From contig JBHIAT010000006.1 in NCBI GenBank assembly GCA_046758705.1, positions 1-48,748 of the forward strand: a stretch of 48,748 nucleotides of DNA, in the 5' to 3' direction. Shown piece by piece: positions 45,692-48,748 of this stretch. Every line of letters starts with the position of its first letter. Within the stretch, counting starts at the first letter, position 1. The stretch comes from Candidatus Bipolaricaulia bacterium (lineage in GTDB: Bacteria; Bipolaricaulota; Bipolaricaulia; JBHIAT01). The notes beneath the pieces were generated by a model. The model was not told where the DNA came from and made no database searches. It was given only the letters and a program-made list of their open reading frames with translations. Made by a program: the position numbers and the translations under genes.

Positions 45692-48418
45692 TCAAAACGC
45701 CGTTCCTATGCCGCCATAGACCTGCGGACTCTCCTCATCGATCCCCCAGGCGGCCCCCACCCGTAGGCTCAGAGGAGGAGCCATATAGCCTAAAACAGTT
45801 GAAAGGTGAAGCTCCACACCCACTCCCACGTTGAGCGGTAAACCGCTCAGATCCGCTCCGGCCGTCCCCCCATCTATAAATAAACTCCCGCGAAGATCAT
45901 CGAAGAAGATCGGCGAAAGTCCTATCCCTCGTTCGATCGAGACGATCGGGAATCGGTACTCGACGCTGGCTGAGGCAAACCGGGCACCGCTCAGCGTCCC
46001 GGTCGCAAACCCTCGCAACAGAAACGTCCCAGCTGTCCCCCCGAGCGAAAAGCGATCGGCGGCATCGCTCCACCCGCCGGAGAGCCTCACCGCCAGTCGG
46101 TGTTCTTGAACCACAGGCAGCCGGAACGCTTCACGCCAATCGAGAATCAGCGATCGCTGGAGCATGGACGTTCCCCGCTCCATGTTCAGTTCCCCCGTCA
46201 GAGTTATCTGGCGCTCATCCCGGAACAGATCGCGTCCCGAAATGTCTGTAAGCCACCACGTCGAGGTCAGCGTGTCGTCGATCGTCCCAGTGTCCAGATC
46301 CTCGTCCCGGCGGTAGCCGACCGAGATCAGTTGGATGGAACGAAGTCGGGTCACTATGGGGAAGGTTGTATCCAAGCGCTGCTGATTTCCAGAACTGTCC
46401 CCGCTCAAACTTAAGGATAAGATGGGATAGAACCGATTGTTGACGTAGATAACCGAGTAGAATGGACCGTTCTTATCCCAGTCGTAGCCTCCCACCAACG
46501 TATACGAATGCTGGAGCAACGAGTCCAAGCCGAAGGTGGCGATCCCAAGCTGGCTCCCTCCGACGATCGGGAGCCACAGCTTAGGCATCAGGGACGGAAG
46601 CGGGTTATAGCGATGGATGGGGTAATCGGTCTCGGGGTAACCCGGCCACTGGGGGAGCGTTTCATGGGCATAGGAGATCTCCGTCCAGCGGTCCGGATCG
46701 AACGCTATCGTGTGCACATCGTAACCGGCAACGCTGTAGCCCACAAAAGCGATCTGATGGCCATCGGGAGAGACGTCGGGATCGAACGCGCCCGATCGCA
46801 CGTGGGTCACCTGAAACAGGGTGCCATCGGCGACTCGATACGCGTACAGATTGTTGATCCCATCTCGGTCGGAGTTGAACACGATGTACGTTCCATCGGG
46901 CGACCAGGTGGGGTCGAGATCGGTCGCTCGGTCTTGGGTGATCGGGGTCAGCTCACCTCCGTGGATCGACATGGTGTAGATGTCCTGATAGCCGCCTCGC
47001 TTCCAGATGGAGAGCACAATCTCCTCGCCACTGGGGGAGATCTCGAGCGAATGGACGAACGTATCGTTGGGGAAGACCTTCAGAGGGATGACCTCTTGGG
47101 TTTCCAGGTTCAAGATGGCCAGATCGGGGCTCCGGTCCCCGAGCCGGTGGCGGGCGAATAGAACCCTGTTTTCATCCGGCATAAACGCGGGATAGTAGGC
47201 GCGGGCGCCCCAAGTGAGCCGTTCTTCTTTTCCGGTCCTCAGATCATAGAGGTAAAGATCCTGGTAACGGTAGAAATGCTTGTAGATATCGAGCTTTGCG
47301 TACACCAATCGACTTCCATCTGGAGACCAGGCCGGAGCATCGATGCTTCCTGTGATCAGATGCCGATCGTTTCCTCCATCGGGCCTGACAAGTCTCAGGC
47401 CGGTGAAGCGATTTGGATCGCTGTGGTAATAGACGATCCAATGCCCATCCGGCGACCAAGCCGGTTGATTGCTCCAGTAACTGAGCCGGGTGATTCTGTG
47501 GCTCTCGGTGATCCCGTCCGTTTCGATTCGCTCCACCTGTGCAGCGAACCGCTCCTTGGCCCAGGCTTTAAAGTCATCGTAGAGCTCATTCGGGGGGATT
47601 CCTACGGTCTTTTTCAGGGCATGGCCAAAGCCCTGGGAGAAGTTCTGGGCGTAGATTTCGTCCAACGCGGCGATCGTTCCCCGTCCGTATCTTTCCTCCA
47701 GGTAGTGCATGAACTGGGGACCGTAGTCGTGGGAGATCATTCCGGGTGGCATCCATTCATCGCGACTGTAATAGGAACTGGCGCGGTCGAAGGACGGAAA
47801 CTCATCCTCGACGGCCATCTCACGGAGAAACATCTCATCCCTGGGGTCATTGGCGCGGGAGTCACCGGATCTCAGAAACTCTTCGTAGGTCGGAATCCCC
47901 TCGATGAGCAGCGTGGGCTTGAGACCGTTCGGCTGGATGACCCTGCCGAAGATCGATCGGAATATGGCCGAGCCCCCGCTCACCTTGTCGATATCGACGA
48001 TATGGCCGTACTCGTGAAACACCACCAGACCCATCCACGATTCGGATCGGGAGTTTGCCCAGTCGGCGAACCGGGCATGTGTGGTGTAGACGGTGATGTC
48101 CTTGTTGGGAGCGGGGACGGCAAAACCTTGTGCGAAATCGGCTGCATCGACGATGACCAGATTCGTCTTCCCCTTCGGCCTATAGTTCAGCTCCTCGATC
48201 CAGAACGCGTAGGCCTGCTCAGCGGCCAACGCCGCCTCGTTCGCCAGGCCCTCGGTCCCCTGATGGAAGATGATGCGAAAGTGCGGTGTTTCCAAGGTCC
48301 TCCACCGTAGCGTTGGATCATAAACCTGTGCGAAGCTTGTCCCTCGGACCCCAATCATCAGGATGAGCAAAATCAAAATCGAGACCGGTGCAGGGATCGA
48401 GCGCTTCAACAATCGCAT
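45692..48418 (-). CDS. Outer-membrane protein: zincin peptidase-like domain, TolB/PD40 propeller and Omp85/BamA-type barrel
   Basis: Signal peptide; HEYGH...EG; repeated PAWSPDG; LRGF and ASVEYRFP; terminal Phe. Confidence 0.8.
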   Translation of the reverse strand: MRLLKRSIPAPVSILILLILMIGVRGTSFAQVYDPTLRWRTLETPHFRIIFHQGTEGLANEAALAAEQAYAFWIEELNYRPKGKTNLVIVDAADFAQGFAVPAPNKDITVYTTHARFADWANSRSESWMGLVVFHEYGHIVDIDKVSGGSAIFRSIFGRVIQPNGLKPTLLIEGIPTYEEFLRSGDSRANDPRDEMFLREMAVEDEFPSFDRASSYYSRDEWMPPGMISHDYGPQFMHYLEERYGRGTIAALDEIYAQNFSQGFGHALKKTVGIPPNELYDDFKAWAKERFAAQVERIETDGITESHRITRLSYWSNQPAWSPDGHWIVYYHSDPNRFTGLRLVRPDGGNDRHLITGSIDAPAWSPDGSRLVYAKLDIYKHFYRYQDLYLYDLRTGKEERLTWGARAYYPAFMPDENRVLFARHRLGDRSPDLAILNLETQEVIPLKVFPNDTFVHSLEISPSGEEIVLSIWKRGGYQDIYTMSIHGGELTPITQDRATDLDPTWSPDGTYIVFNSDRDGINNLYAYRVADGTLFQVTHVRSGAFDPDVSPDGHQIAFVGYSVAGYDVHTIAFDPDRWTEISYAHETLPQWPGYPETDYPIHRYNPLPSLMPKLWLPIVGGSQLGIATFGLDSLLQHSYTLVGGYDWDKNGPFYSVIYVNNRFYPILSLSLSGDSSGNQQRLDTTFPIVTRLRSIQLISVGYRRDEDLDTGTIDDTLTSTWWLTDISGRDLFRDERQITLTGELNMERGTSMLQRSLILDWREAFRLPVVQEHRLAVRLSGGWSDAADRFSLGGTAGTFLLRGFATGTLSGARFASASVEYRFPIVSIERGIGLSPIFFDDLRGSLFIDGGTAGADLSGLPLNVGVGVELHLSTVLGYMAPPLSLRVGAAWGIDEESPQVYGGIGTAF

Positions 48419-48505
48419 CGTTGAATCATCCGGATATTTTCTTCTGCTATCACTGTAACCGGTCAGGCACAAGAGATTCAAACAGGTGGAGGTCGGTCGA
48501 CCCTC

Positions 48506-48533
48506 TTGACATCCAATCGATTCTGACTATAAT
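48506..48533 (+). promoter_or_regulatory. Consensus sigma70 promoter
   Basis: TTGACA-N16-TATAAT, perfect hexamers. Confidence 0.8.
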
Positions 48534-48539
48534 GGAATC

Positions 48540-48748
48540 AGCAAAGGGAAATTTCCTTATGGAGTTCCCAAAGGAGAGAACCTCCATAACCGGGGGCAAA
48601 TAATCCTGGAAAAGAGGGAATTACTTCGACGGGATTTGAACCTTTGTGACCTCATTTGGCCAAAGGCGTTAGGCTGGAGGCGGAATGAGAGGGTGAGAGC
48701 CTGTCGGCGGATGTTGATGAGACGGAAACCGGCAGGCCCTTGCTTTAT
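48540..48748 (+). other. Structured non-coding leader or ncRNA (possibly an rRNA operon leader)
   Basis: Several stems and complementary 5'/3' ends; no convincing ORF downstream of the promoter. Confidence 0.45.

Noticed and set aside
47276..48310. 344-aa plus-strand ORF
   Set aside because: Antisense to the Omp85-type gene.
48590..48640. GGCAAA...GAAA...GGG as a c-di-GMP-I riboswitch
   Set aside because: The downstream GACGCAAAG/P3 consensus is missing.

Overview
A GC-rich bacterial chromosomal segment; an Omp85/BamA-type barrel gene suggests a diderm, but the taxon cannot be fixed from this window. The backbone is housekeeping and metabolic: rarA, oppD/oppF-type ATPases, secG, NAD kinase, a PPP phosphatase, tsaD, archaeal-type trmY, pcm, a Tat-dependent sugar ABC operon, acyl-CoA dehydrogenase, mdh, a diguanylate cyclase, moxR, galT/galK, a GDE-type glycosidase, ytfI/ytfJ-like genes, a MacB/LolCDE-type ABC system and a peptidase-TolB-Omp85 protein. 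Three AT-richer accessory patches interrupt it. (i) 14.2-16.8 kb is a toxin-antitoxin cassette cluster punctuated by a repeated junction motif. (ii) 28.9-31.3 kb holds a CPBP protease, phhB, a methyltransferase flanked by an 11-bp direct repeat, and a highly structured ~240-nt element. (iii) 34.7-41.3 kb holds a frameshifted Schlafen/AlbA-HATPase gene, a type IIG restriction-modification gene and TA remnants. Window-wide, CGATCG/GCGATCGC (HIP1-like) looks over-represented by eye, and many genes show clean internal deletions or chimeric junctions. The window begins with an IS200/IS605 right-end remnant and ends with a consensus promoter followed by a structured non-coding leader. Family assignments are from motif recognition; no database search was run.
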